DNA of 64,000 nt from Hypanus sabinus (lineage: Eukaryota): assembly GCF_030144855.1 (NCBI RefSeq), contig NC_082722.1:19530001-19594000 (forward strand), given 5' to 3'. The notes under the pieces were generated by a model that worked only from the letters and a program-made list of their open reading frames with translations, ran no database searches and was not told where the DNA came from. The translations under genes were made by a program, and so were the position numbers. Of this stretch, positions 47,600 to 59,109 are shown piece by piece. The stretch's first letter is position 1, and the number at the start of each line of letters is the position of its first letter.

Positions 47600-48080
47600 G
47601 TTCAACATAAATTTGCAGCGATTTGGAAGCTCTAGGATAGCGCTTCAGTTGTCTGAATGAGATGTCTCATTCTCTCTCTCCCCCACCCCCGCGCCCTCGC
47701 GCCCTCTATCTCGCGATGTCTCATTCGCACTTTCTCCCTCGCGCTCACTTTTTCTATCTCTGTAACTCTGGCAAGTGAACGAAACAGTACTTTGACTTCA
47801 ATTGTAAAAAAAGGTAAATTCTCTACCGGAAGATAGTTCAAGTTAGCATTGAGAAAGAGAACCTACAGGCAGAGGAGGGAAAAAAAAGGGTGAAGGAGAG
47901 GACGGGTTATGGCGGAAGCAGGAGTTGTTAATAAAACACGAACATATACTCCAAGATCAGGCAGTTTTTTAAGAACCGGGTAGCAGGGGTAAAAAGTCCG
48001 CATCCAGCTTCAATTTAACAGGGCGGGACGTGAGGCGCAAAAGAGATTTCTCGGGGATGGTGAGGCCAGTGATGCCAGCT
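47600..48080. promoter_or_regulatory. Candidate bidirectional promoter between the AK-like and LRRC36/CEP72-like pseudogenes
   Basis: Locally CpG-enriched, includes a GGGCGG GC-box near 48021, and sits between the two divergent genes. A candidate ATG GCG GAA (MAE) lies at about 47909. Confidence 0.4.
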
Positions 48081-48084
48081 TGAT

Positions 48085-48370
48085 TAGCGCAACACACACA
48101 AAATGAAGCAAACGCGAGGAAATCTGCAGATGCTGGAAAATGGAAACAGAAAATGCTGGTGGTACACAGCAGGCCAGGCAGCATCTATAAGGAGAAGCAC
48201 TATGGACATTTCGAGCCGAGAAGGGTCTCGGCCCGAAACGTCGACAGTCCTTCTATTGATGCTGCCTGGCCTGCAGAGTTCCTCCAGCACTTTCTTTTCT
48301 GTGGGAAAGTGTAAACACGTTTCTGGCCGAAACCCTTCATTAGGATCTGATTCTGTGCATGTTGTTTTGT
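48085..48370. mobile_element. Penelope-derived inverted terminal-repeat cluster
   Basis: cagcaggccaggcagcatc...gaagggtctcggcccgaaacgtcgacag...gatgctgcctggcctgc, forming a hairpin. Confidence 0.7.
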
Positions 48371-50399
48371 GTTTCGAGTGTCTGCACATTCTTTCATGTT
48401 TGTTTTGGAAATCTGTTCAGAACATTGTTTCCATTTACTCACGAGTGGGGGGATAGAATAGAAAACGTGAAGGCAGCTGAATTGTAATACTTTACAGAAT
48501 TTACGTCTAACGTTTCTTGGGTTCATGTGTGTACCGTGATGTAACGGGGATCGGTGACAGAATCAACAAAACTCATTGAAATCCTTCTGTAGATATAAAA
48601 TGCCACCAGTGTTCCCACACTGGTGTTCGGTGTGAACGGGCGTGTTTTGTTTCGGCTCTCCATTTTGCAGGATTACTCCTGTTTTTTTTTAACTTTAATT
48701 CGAGACTTCTATTATTATTTTTAGTCGTTGAGCTGTTTTATTAACTCTAGCATTAGCTGAGTTGTGCATTTTTTTCACTTTTAGCTGTATTTTTGATATA
48801 AAACTTTTGGACTTAATTCCACATTTTTCGCGCCACTGGAGGCCTTCTAGGATCCCGTGCCTTGTGTGTATTATCTTGGGTTCATGGATTAAGCGTGAGA
48901 AGTGGAAAATCTGAATAGTACAGTGGGAAGCAGTGGTCGTGGAGGATTTCTACTTTCATTGCCTACAGGGATTGGAATTTTGCTTTTAAATAGAACTCTA
49001 AACTACACATACTTAGATTTTGCTGAACATTAGACTACATCATAGATTTATAAGATTTTTTTTTTAATCCTGGACTTGTTGAAACTGTGGTCTCGCCAAC
49101 TTTGCTTCTTCCGTCTTCACAGTTGACAATGTTGAAACTCATAATAGGTTCGATTTGCTCACAGCTCAGTCTTGGGATCCCACAGTCAGAGTCGGACTTA
49201 AGTGTCCCCCCGGATATTGGATCCACTACCAAGGCAACCACACCAAACTTTAAAACTAAAGGGAAGTGTCCGAGATCTAGAAAAGAGGTGCAATCGGCAG
49301 GATGCTCCTTGCACGATTTCCATCCCTGTTGGGTTGAATGTTGAGCTAGCAATTTGGCCTCGTAAAAAGATGACAAATGTTGAGGAAACGGCAAACAATG
49401 TCACCCAATGTGCCACGAGGCTAAAAAGGAACAACAACAACAACATATGCATGTTCGCAAATGCAGGAGAATGTTTTGGGAGAAGTTAGGTACAATTTGT
49501 AGAAGCAGAAATGGAAAGCAGTTTTAGTAATTTAACTCATGGTTTACACATTGTCAGTGGCACACTCCAGGCATAAGCATTTGACCTTTAACAGACAGGG
49601 AGATCTCAGTGACCATTTCTTCATTGAAAAGCTCTGCCTCCGGTGTGCTTCACATCGATTGAATGAAGAAAGGAACATTACTCGTGGGGAGTTACAGCCG
49701 GTTAGAGTTCATGCTGTACCAATACTAACACACATAAATGTTTAAATATAAATCTACAAGACTTTATCTTCACTGGGATGAATCTGATTTTGTTCACTTC
49801 TCAAGTATTTAGTTTCCTACAAGAAATGATAAATTTATTCCAAACGTACTGTTCCAGTACCACATGTTGAGAACGAATGTCTGATAAACGTATAAAAGTT
49901 ACTAATGTTCCCATTTTTAAATAGACACATATAATCCAAGTAACCATGTATGATGGCTTGATTCACATAGCGCCAGACAGTAATCATTCAAAATTTAGTC
50001 TGCTTGAATGTGTTCATGTAATTTCTAAATATGGAGGTAAATACAAGTAAAATAGACTAATTAATATTTATAAGATAAAATCTAAATTGTTTTAATAAAT
50101 TAATTAAATTGAACAGAAACCACAATTGATCGAAAACATGAAACAAAATTTGACAGGGGTTGAAAGACAGCTGACGTGTGGCAGTTGCTGTGATACAGCT
50201 ACCTGATGCAGGTACGAAAGGGAACTTGCTGAGATACTTCCATGACACTGAAACATCCTAGATAGGAATTTGGGCAGAGGGATAGGAATGCAACACAGAT
50301 GCATATGGGAATCTTGGATAATAGCCCATTCCTCTACAATAGTCTCCTGGGGTGTGAACAAAGTCCAGAGGGAAAAGGGGCAATCTAGTTACAGATGGC

Positions 50400-50870
50400 A
50401 CCCAGCTAGTGACAGTGAACTGGGCAGCTGTTAGGGGCATAGAAATAATGACGAGGAGTGTTGTGTGCCCACTGTCTGAATTAAGTGTGTTGAGTATTAA
50501 GTTGGGAAGCCCTGTGGCAGCTGTAGAAAACCTTGGTCAAGCTACATTTGGTGTTTTGAGTGTAGGTCTGTTTGAAGAAACTCAGCTCGTACAGTAGACT
50601 GAGGAAGTGAATGATAGGAGCTACAGGGAGATAGTCCACCCTGAGTTTGCAGGAGGCAGGCAACTGGGTTACTGTAAGGAAGAAGGGAAATGGGAGCCAG
50701 TGTATAGTATGACTTTTACTGTTCCCCTCAAAAGTAATTATGCCAATTTGGATAATTTTGGGAGGGGTGAGCTGCATATGTTAAACCACAGCAATCTGGT
50801 CTCTGGCACTGAGTTTGGCACTGTGGATCAGAAGAGGAGAAATTTTTGTGATGTTTACACAGACATGGTA
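50400..50870 (+). mobile_element. Degenerate CR1 ORF1 fragment
   Basis: EEVNDRSYREIVHP...VPLKSNY, homologous to the ORF1 at 32586. Confidence 0.55.
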
Positions 50871-50942
50871 GAAAGAAATACACATTGTATTTCAGAAGCA
50901 TGTCAAGGAGAGATGCATTTAAATTATTTGCCTTCTTCTTAG

Positions 50943-51064
50943 ATGAAGTGGAGTCACTGCTTGCATCCTACCATGAGAAAATTGTCACTCTCGGTGATGC
51001 CTTTTTGAATTCCAAGAGACTGAAGTAATTGGATTTATCAAGAAATTCCATTGCCAATCTCGAG
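50943..51064 (+). pseudogene. LRRC36/CEP72-family LRR pseudogene, exon 2 homolog, with in-frame stop
   Basis: Bounded by ccttcttcttag| and |gtatgt, phase 1-0. It reads (D)EVESLLASYHEKIVTLGDAFLNSKRLK*LDLSRNSIANLE, with TAA at 51026-51028. It is 122 bp (2 codons shorter than the family exon as recalled). Confidence 0.88.
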
Positions 51065-51400
51065 GTATGTCTACTATTCTCCTTGATGAGTAATGTCTTC
51101 CAACTTTGTATCGGAATGTGGGGTCTTCAGTATTTATTATCTTAAATTAAATGATTAATGGAGTTCAGAGGGAAACATCGGTGAGGTGGGTAAGGTGCAG
51201 TTTTATATGGATCTGCAATTATTTCTGCTTTATTGCATCATCTTAATGCCCAAAACATGCAAAAATAATGTAAGAGAGTTACTTCCATTGAAATCTCTAG
51301 AACTTTGATGGGCTGTATCATGTTGATAGCTAACCAGGAGTTCCATAAGAGAACCACACTTCAGCAGTTTGCAGATTTCCATGCATTAAGTCCAAAGAAG

Positions 51401-51691
51401 TGTTACGTACCCTGTAACTGGGTAGCTAACCAGCAGAGAAAGAAGCATTCATTGGAGTCTGGTGGTACCAAACTAAAGGTATTTATTAATAAAAAATAAG
51501 CAAAAACCATATCAATAATGCAAATATACATATAAAACAAGTCAGCAGTAATAAACCTAAAAGTGTAGGAATAATAATAATCAATAATAAACAAGCTCTA
51601 TAGATGTCCAGGGGTAAATGAATTGTCATAGAATATAAAGTTCAGTTCAGTTCATGAGTGCTGATGTAATTATGGTTGTTGTATTGTAATC

Positions 51692-51782
<91 letters not shown>

Positions 51783-52374
51783 GTAACAGCTACAATCAGG
51801 CAAACCTTCAATTGTTTTCTTAATCCGTCGTATCGGTGTGGTCATTCAGTCATGACCTCTCCGTCCTTCTGATAGACCATTCTTCTGTGGTGGACTTGTC
51901 AGTCTGGCATGAGTGGACACACACACAAGTCCCCACCAGCACTACTTTTACACTGATAGCCTTAATGACCGACCTCCTGGTTCGGTCTCCGAAGCTCCCA
52001 CCTTTCTTGTGGGTTCCAACACTCAGTCAGTGTCCACTGGCGTGTCTGGATTGTGTCTCTCCAGACCTGTCTTTTATCCCTACTCACGGGGACTCAGCTA
52101 TCCATCACTCCTGAATGACTGTGTCCATCAAATAAGGCAACTCCTTCAGTCTACTGAGGAATGTTTATGAGCAAAATAGTAGAAGATAAATAACCCTTGC
52201 AAAAGTCATAATACAGTAACATCAGCAGTCTCTCTCCCCCTCTTATCTGTAGCAAATGTTCATGCCTGGGCTTTATCTCTCTCTCATGGTCAGCATAGCA
52301 ACAGGAATAGATCGTGTTTCTCAGGGGGGGAATGGTTAACTCTGTACCATCAGGTCTGTTCATCACTCATAACA
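51401..52374 (-). mobile_element. Solo LTR (Gypsy/ERV-like), 974 bp
   Basis: TGTTA...TAACA inverted termini. On the minus strand there is a GATAAAAG TATA-like motif and AATAAA about 80 bp from the end. The flanks (gaag and ggtg) do not form a TSD. Confidence 0.65.
51696..51780. repeat. (GA)n microsatellite, about 42 units
   Basis: Uninterrupted GA dinucleotide run. Confidence 0.97.
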
Positions 52375-53214
52375 GGTGATAGGTGCTGTGCTGAGAAGCC
52401 AGTTATATGAGCCACAACAGGTGTAGCCATTGTTCTCATTTACCTAAATAAGGTTGTCAAACATCAGTTAATAAACAGGTGAGAAGTCTTTATTGGTATT
52501 TATTGATGTGTTTTGTTGTGTTCTATATTTTGCAATTTGTGCTTGGAGAGAAACCCCTGCAGCAAAAATTCTTGTTAGAAATTTTTTGGTTGAACTTTAA
52601 TTTATGTATACACCAGAATCCATCAGCATCATTTTTCCTTTTAAAAAGGAGGGTTGAGTGTGTTATTTTGAGTTGAGATTAAAAAGGGAATGGTAGCTTT
52701 AAAGATCTAGAATGGTGATGTGAACTGTGCAGTAAATACATGTATTAAAACTAACCTGTGACTTTGCATAATAATACAACTCACAAGTCAATTTCACCAT
52801 GATGATTGGATCCATTGGGCAAAAACTTGATGGGAAATATAAGCGAGCTGACTGAGTTGCTAACATTCATTGTACCGTGGAAAGCATTCTAACAGGCTGC
52901 TTCACTGTCTGGTGGTGGTGTTGTCTACTGATCAGACTTGAACCTTCATTTAGTTATAATTAGTGAGCTCTGTCAAGGGTTGTATCCTCCCTAGTATCCA
53001 AGACGTCTTCAAGAAATGGTGCCTTTGAAAGACAACATACATTATTATGAGCTCCCTTTACCCAGAATGTGCCCTCTTCTCTTTATTACCATCAGGAAGG
53101 AGGCTCAGAAGCCAAAATGCACACTCTCAGCGATTCAGGAACAGCTTATTCCCCTGCAACCCAAGTTCTGAATGGATTAAACCCATGAGCACTACCACAC
53201 TTTATTTAACACAC

Positions 53215-53820
53215 ACCAATTGCTAGTGGTACACAGCAGGCCAGGCAGCATCTATAGGGAGAAACGCTGTCGACGTTTCAGGACTAACTGAAAGGAAAGA
53301 TAGAAAGAGATTTTAAAGTAGCTGGGGGTGGAGTGCAAAATGATAGGAGAAGACCGGAGTGGGGTGGGCTGAAGAAATGGCTAGGTAGCCTCCAACCTGA
53401 TGGCATGAAGCCTCCTCTACTGTCAAGATGAAGCCAGATTCAAGTTGGAGGAACAAAACCTTATATACCGGCTGGGTAGCCTCCAACCTGATGGCATGAG
53501 CATTGACTTCCCTAACTTCCCCTCCTCCCATTCTTACCCCATGCCTGATATATTTAGTTTATTTTCTCCCTCCATTTTGTTCTTTCTTTCTGCCCATTAC
53601 TCTGTCTGTTCTCCATCTCTGCATTTTCCCCTCCCCCTGCTACTTTCTTACTATCTTTCAATCCCCTCTTACTATCTTTCCTTTCAGTTAGTCCTGACAA
53701 AGAGTGTTGGCCCGAAACGTTGACAGTGCTTCTCCAGATAGTGCTGCCTGGCCTGCTGTGTTCCACCAGCATTTTGTGTGCGTTGCTTGAATTTCCAGCT
53801 TCTGCAGATTTCCACATGAA
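53215..53820. mobile_element. Penelope-like element end with an inverted partial terminal repeat
   Basis: EEQNLIYRLGSLQPDGMSIDF on the plus strand. The terminal repeat is present in both orientations, with a degenerate hammerhead gtcctgacaaag...cccgaaacgttgac. Confidence 0.75.
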
Positions 53821-54542
53821 TGCTTTATTTATTTTGCTTTTGCACCATTTTTAATTTACCTATTTCATATATGTTATATACTGACTGTAATTGACTGATT
53901 TGTTTTTTCCATGTTTATCTTGTATTGCTTTTTTCTGCCATCGCAAAGTTAAAAAATTTCACTACGTTGGCCAATGATAATAAACCTGATTCTGATTTAC
54001 TATTTCTTGGTACATGTGCTTTTCTCATTTAAGTTACCGAGCTTGAAGGCACCATTTTCCCCAGTATTTCCCAAGCTGTGAGAGGGCAATGCTGAGTGCA
54101 CTTAAAAGCCCTAAGATTATTTCAAGTACTTCCATTGCTTTATTTCATTTTCATTCATAATTTGTAAACTTTTTGAGACATTTTTATCCTTCAATGAATC
54201 TTCATAGTATTTTGAATGCTTTGAGATATAAGAAACAGTTATTTGTGTTCAAATTCCTAAAATGTATGAAAATTGGATACGTTGGTTCAGTTTGTGTGCC
54301 TGACAGAAAACTGCTTTGTACGTTTTGGCTTCTTGGGTAGAAGTCATTATAACAGTTCTTACCATTAAAGCTGATTGAATCTCCAGTTTCAGTCCATTGA
54401 TGCTGACAGATTTGTGACAATTTGTTATCATGGTTAGTTCTAAAATGTTGATTTAATTTCTTGGCAAAAAATTTGAAAGTGCAATATTAAATACAAAAGT
54501 GTTGTTTGTTTCATGCAAAACTGTATGTATTTCCTTGTGTAG

Positions 54543-54735
54543 GGTTTGAATTGTTTACAGTCTCTGGAAAAATTAAGCCTGTATTTTAATAAGATTCAAA
54601 CATTGAAAGAAATAGCTGGCTTGCACCATCTGATGCATTGAACAGAGCTAGATTTACAGGTAAATCCAGTTACAAGGACTGTGGAGAATTATAGACAGTA
54701 TGTAGTTCTTCTGTTTCCAAATTTGATGAAACTGG
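54543..54735 (+). pseudogene. LRRC36/CEP72-family LRR pseudogene, exon 3 homolog, with in-frame stop
   Basis: Bounded by ttccttgtgtag| and |gtaagc, 193 bp, phase 0-1. It reads GLNCLQSLEKLSLYFNKIQTLKEIAGLHHLMH*TELDLQVNPVTRTVENYRQYVVLLFPNLMKL (LRR plus LRRcap NPV/YR), with TGA at 54639-54641. Confidence 0.9.
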
Positions 54736-55009
54736 GTAAGCATGAGTTATTTAACATCAAATTGTCTGATAAAAGATTTGAACGTTACCAGAAAATTTAT
54801 AATGCAGTGAAATTTCTTAATGAAACTGAATTTGTAAAAATGCTGCAATTAATTGAGTCAAGTCAAGTTTATATCAGATGTACAGATACAGAGAAGTACA
54901 GGAACAATGAAAAAATTACAACAGCCGCCCAACATGCAGATCATACACTCAGCGGCCATTTATTTGGTACACATATATACTTGCTCATTAATGCAAATAT
55001 CTAATAACT

Positions 55010-55345
55010 CTGCACCAAAGTATAGGGTAGGTAGGCCTCTGTTAGTCTTGATAGACCATGGATTTGCACCTTGGAAAGTTTCCAGGGCACAAGCCTGGGC
55101 AAGGTTTTTTTTTTAATGGAATACTGACAGTTGCCCAAGCTGCAAGTCTTCCCTCTCCACACCACCAATGTTGTCCAAGGGAAGGACATTAGGACCCATA
55201 CAGCTTGGCACCGGTGTCATCACAGAAAAATGTGTGGTTAAGTGTCTTGCTCATGGACACACACACAGCCTCAGCCAAGGCTCGGTCTAGCGACCATAGA
55301 TAACGAGACGAACACATTAACCACTTGGCCATGAGCCAACACAAG
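55010..55345 (-). mobile_element. tRNA-headed SINE with an RTE-like 3' tail
   Basis: The minus-strand head reads ggctcatggccaagtggttaa..., and the tail is ccttggacaaca...ggaaactttccaaggtgcaaatccatggtc. Confidence 0.5.
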
Positions 55346-55541
55346 TATTACTTTAAAATTGAGCATCAGAATGGCAGTCACGCGGGTGAGGAGTCCTCAT
55401 TGCATCCTTTATAGGTTTTGTCGCAATACTTCCTGAATCTCTGTGTTATCATCATCATCATCATTAAACTGAATAACGAACAGTTTCAACTCTAAGCTCT
55501 CTCTTCATTGTGATCAGCATCCTATATTTGGTATCTTTTTA

Positions 55542-58500
55542 GACAATAGACAATAGGTGCAGCAGTAGACCATTCGGCCCTTCGAGCCTGCATCGCCATT
55601 TTCAGATCATTTCTGATCAACTACTATCAATACCCGGTTCCTGCCTTGTCCCCATATCCCTTGATTCCCCTATCCATAAGATACCTATCTAGCTCCGTCT
55701 TGAAAGCATCCAGAGAATTGGCCTCCACTACCTTTCGAGGCAATGCATTCCAGACCCCCACAACTCTCTGGGAGAAGAAGTTTTTCCTTAACTCTGTCCT
55801 AAATGACCTACCCCTTATTCTCAAACCATGCCCTCTGGTACTGGTGTCTCCCAGCATCTGGAACAAATTTCCTGCCTCTATCTTGTCCAATCCCTTAATA
55901 ATCGTATATGTTTCAATCCGATCCCCTCTCAATCTCCTTAATTCCAGCGTGTACAAGCCCAGTCTCTCTAACCTATCTGCGTAAGACAGTCCAGACATCC
56001 CAGGAATTAACCTCGTGAATCTATGCTGCACTTCCTCTACAGCCAGGATGTCCTTCTTTAACCCTGGAGACCAAAACTGTACACAATACTCCAGTGGTCT
56101 CACCAGTGCTCTGTACAAATGCAAGAGGATTTCCTTGCTCTTGTACTCAATTCCCTTTGTAACAAAGGCCAACATTCCATTAGCCTTCTTCACTGCCTGC
56201 TGCACTTGCTCATTCACCTTCAGTGACTGATGAACAAGGACTGGTAGATCTCTTTGTATTTCTCCCTTACCTAACTCTACACCATTCAGATAATAATCTG
56301 CCTTCCTGTTCTTACTCCCAAAGTGGATAACCTCACACTTATTCACATTAAACGCCATCTGCTAAGTATCTGCCCACTCACCCAGCCTATCCAATTCACC
56401 CTGAATTCTCCTCACAATCCTCATCACATGTCACCCTGCCACCCAGCTTAGCATCATCAACAAATCTTCTGATGTTATTTTCAATGCCTTCATCCAAATC
56501 GTTGATATAAATTGTAAACAGCTGTGGTCACAATACCGAGCCCTGTGGCACCCCACTAGTCACCACCTGCCATTCCGAGAAACACCCATTCCCCGTTACC
56601 CTTTGCTTTCTATCTGCCAACTAGTTTTCTATCCATGTCAATGTCTCCCCCCCCCCCCCCCCGATGCCCTGAGCTTTGATTTTACCCACCAATCTCCTAC
56701 AAGGGACCTTATCAAATGCCTTCTGAAAATCGAGGTACGCTACATCCACTGGATCTCCCCCATCTAACTTCCTGGTTACATCCTCGAAAAACTCCAACAG
56801 ATTAGTCAAGCATGATTTACTCTTGGTAAATCCATGCTGGCTCAGCCCAATCCTATTACTGCTATCTAGATATGCCACTATTTCATCCTTAATAATGGAC
56901 TCTAGCATCTTCCCCACCACCGATGTCAGGTTGACAGGTCAATAGTTCTCTGTTTTCTCCCTCCCTCCTTTCTTAAAAAGTAGGATAACATTAGCCATTC
57001 TCCAACCAACAGAAACTGATCCTGAATCTAAGGAACATTGGAAAATGATTATCAATGCATCCGCAATTTCCAGGGCCACCTCCTTTATTACCCTAGGATG
57101 CAGACCATCCACACCTGGGGATTTGTCAGCCTTCAGTCCCATCAGTCTTCTCATCACCGTTTCCTCCCTAATGTCAATCTGTTTCATTTCCTCTGTTACC
57201 CTATGTACTTGGCCCATCCATACATCTGGGAGATTGCTTGTCTCTTCCTTAGTGAAAACAGATCTAAAATACTCCTTAAATTCTTCTGCCATTTCTCTGT
57301 TTCCCATAACAATTTCACCCAATTCATTCTTCAAGGGCCCAACATTGTTCCTAACATTCTTTCTCTTCACATACCTAAAAAAGCTTTTGCTGTCTTCCTT
57401 TATATTCCTGGCTGGCTTTGCGTTCGTACCTCATTTTTTTCCCCCTGTATTGTCTTTTTAGTTAAGTTCTGTTGTTCCTTAAAAACTTCGCAATCATCCG
57501 TCCTCCCACTCACCTTAGCACTGTCATACTTCCTTTTTTTTTTAATGCTATGCAATCTCTGACTTCGTTTGTTAACCACTGTGGCCCCTTTCCTCCCTTT
57601 CAATCCTTCCTTCTCTGGGGGATGAACTGATTTTGCACCTTGTGCATTATTCCCAAGAATACCTGCCATTGCTGTTCCACTGTCTTTTCTGCTAGGCTAT
57701 CCGTCCAGTCAACTTTGGCCAGCTCCTCCCTCATGGCTCCATAGTTTCCCCTGTTCAACTGCAACACTGACACCTCCGAGCTGCCCTTATCCTTCTCAAA
57801 TTGCAGATAAAATCTTATCATATTATGATCACTACCTCCTGATGGCTCCTTTACTGCAAGATCGCTTATCAAATCCTGTTCATTACATAACACTAAATCC
57901 AGAATAGTCTTGTCCCTGGTCAGCTCTTGTACAAGCTGTTCCAAGAATGCATCTCGTAGGCACTCTGCAAACTCCCTATCCTGTGGTTCAGCACCAACCT
58001 GATTCTCCCAGTTCACCTGCATGTTGAAATCCCCCATAACTACTGCGACATTACCTTTGCCACATGCCAATGTTAACTCCCTATTCAACTTGCACCCAAT
58101 ATCCATGCTACTGTTTGGTGGCCTGTAGACAACACCCATTTGGGTCATTTTGCCCCTACTGTTCCTCAGTTCTATCCACACAGACTCTACTTCTCCTGAC
58201 CCTATGCCCCCCCCTTGCAAAGGACTGAATCTTATTCCTCACCAACAGGGCCCCCCCACCCCCTCTGTCCACATTTCTGTCCCTACGATAGCACGTATAC
58301 CCTTGCACATTCGTTTCCCAGGTCTGATCTCCCTGCCGCGTTGTCTCTGCTATCCCAACAATGTCATATTTACCCATTCACACCTGGGCTTCAAGCTCAT
58401 CTACCTTATTTCTGACACTTTGTGCATTCAGATATATAATTTTAGCCCATTTCTCCTCTCTCTGTTTGAATTGCTGCCTATTGTGCTTAATCCAGCTCTA

Positions 58501-58740
58501 CTAACTCCCTTTGGGCTATATGCCCCTAGAATTTTGTTGTCCTTCTTAAATTTACTTATTCTTTCAACACATTTAACTCCATGTTCCATCAGTCCATCCC
58601 TCTGTACATGTGTCTTCCTTATCACTTGTTCCACCTCACCTTTCTCTACTACACACTTAATATTCCAGAACTGTGTAGTCCCCACCTGTCCTTAATTCTT
58701 CCTCTCGCTACCCTCTCTCACAATTTCTATCTGAGACAAC
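55542..58740 (-). mobile_element. Young CR1 LINE with nearly complete ORF2 (endonuclease and RT) in several frames
   Basis: Long ORFs 58156-58377, 57600-58220, 56939-57370, 56621-56920 and 55627-56358, with EN (MGDFN, SDHNMI) and RT motifs and a (ctattgt)n tail. Confidence 0.95.
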
Positions 58741-59109
58741 ATTTGTTGTTGCTTCTCGCCGTGATCTTCGTGTGAAATGGCCAGAGCAGCGAGTTCGCAA
58801 CCTGAGTACCATGGGGACAACTTAATCAAAAACTCTAACAGATACATCGCTGGAATAAATTTAAGAAGTTTTCAGATTTTTATGCTTCTATTGCATAAAA
58901 TGTATACAGCCTCTAAATGATCAAAATTTCAATGAGATGAAAATTGCTGAAGTAATAGACCAACTGCTCAACCATATGTGGCTACCCTTGTGCAGTTGCA
59001 TGAATGCTCAGAATCTAAAATCACACTTTGTACCGGAGATATGTGAATGACGGCGTCCAGGGAATGTACTTTCTGTTCCAACCAGTATCGTTCATCAATT
59101 CCTTTGAAA

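Noticed and set aside
54639-54641. TGA read as selenocysteine or readthrough
   Set aside because: The preceding exon has an in-frame TAA, the aligned residue is Leu, and no SECIS was evident.
54681-55004. 107-aa ORF as an independent gene
   Set aside because: It is the 3' part of the LRR exon running into intron and repeat sequence.
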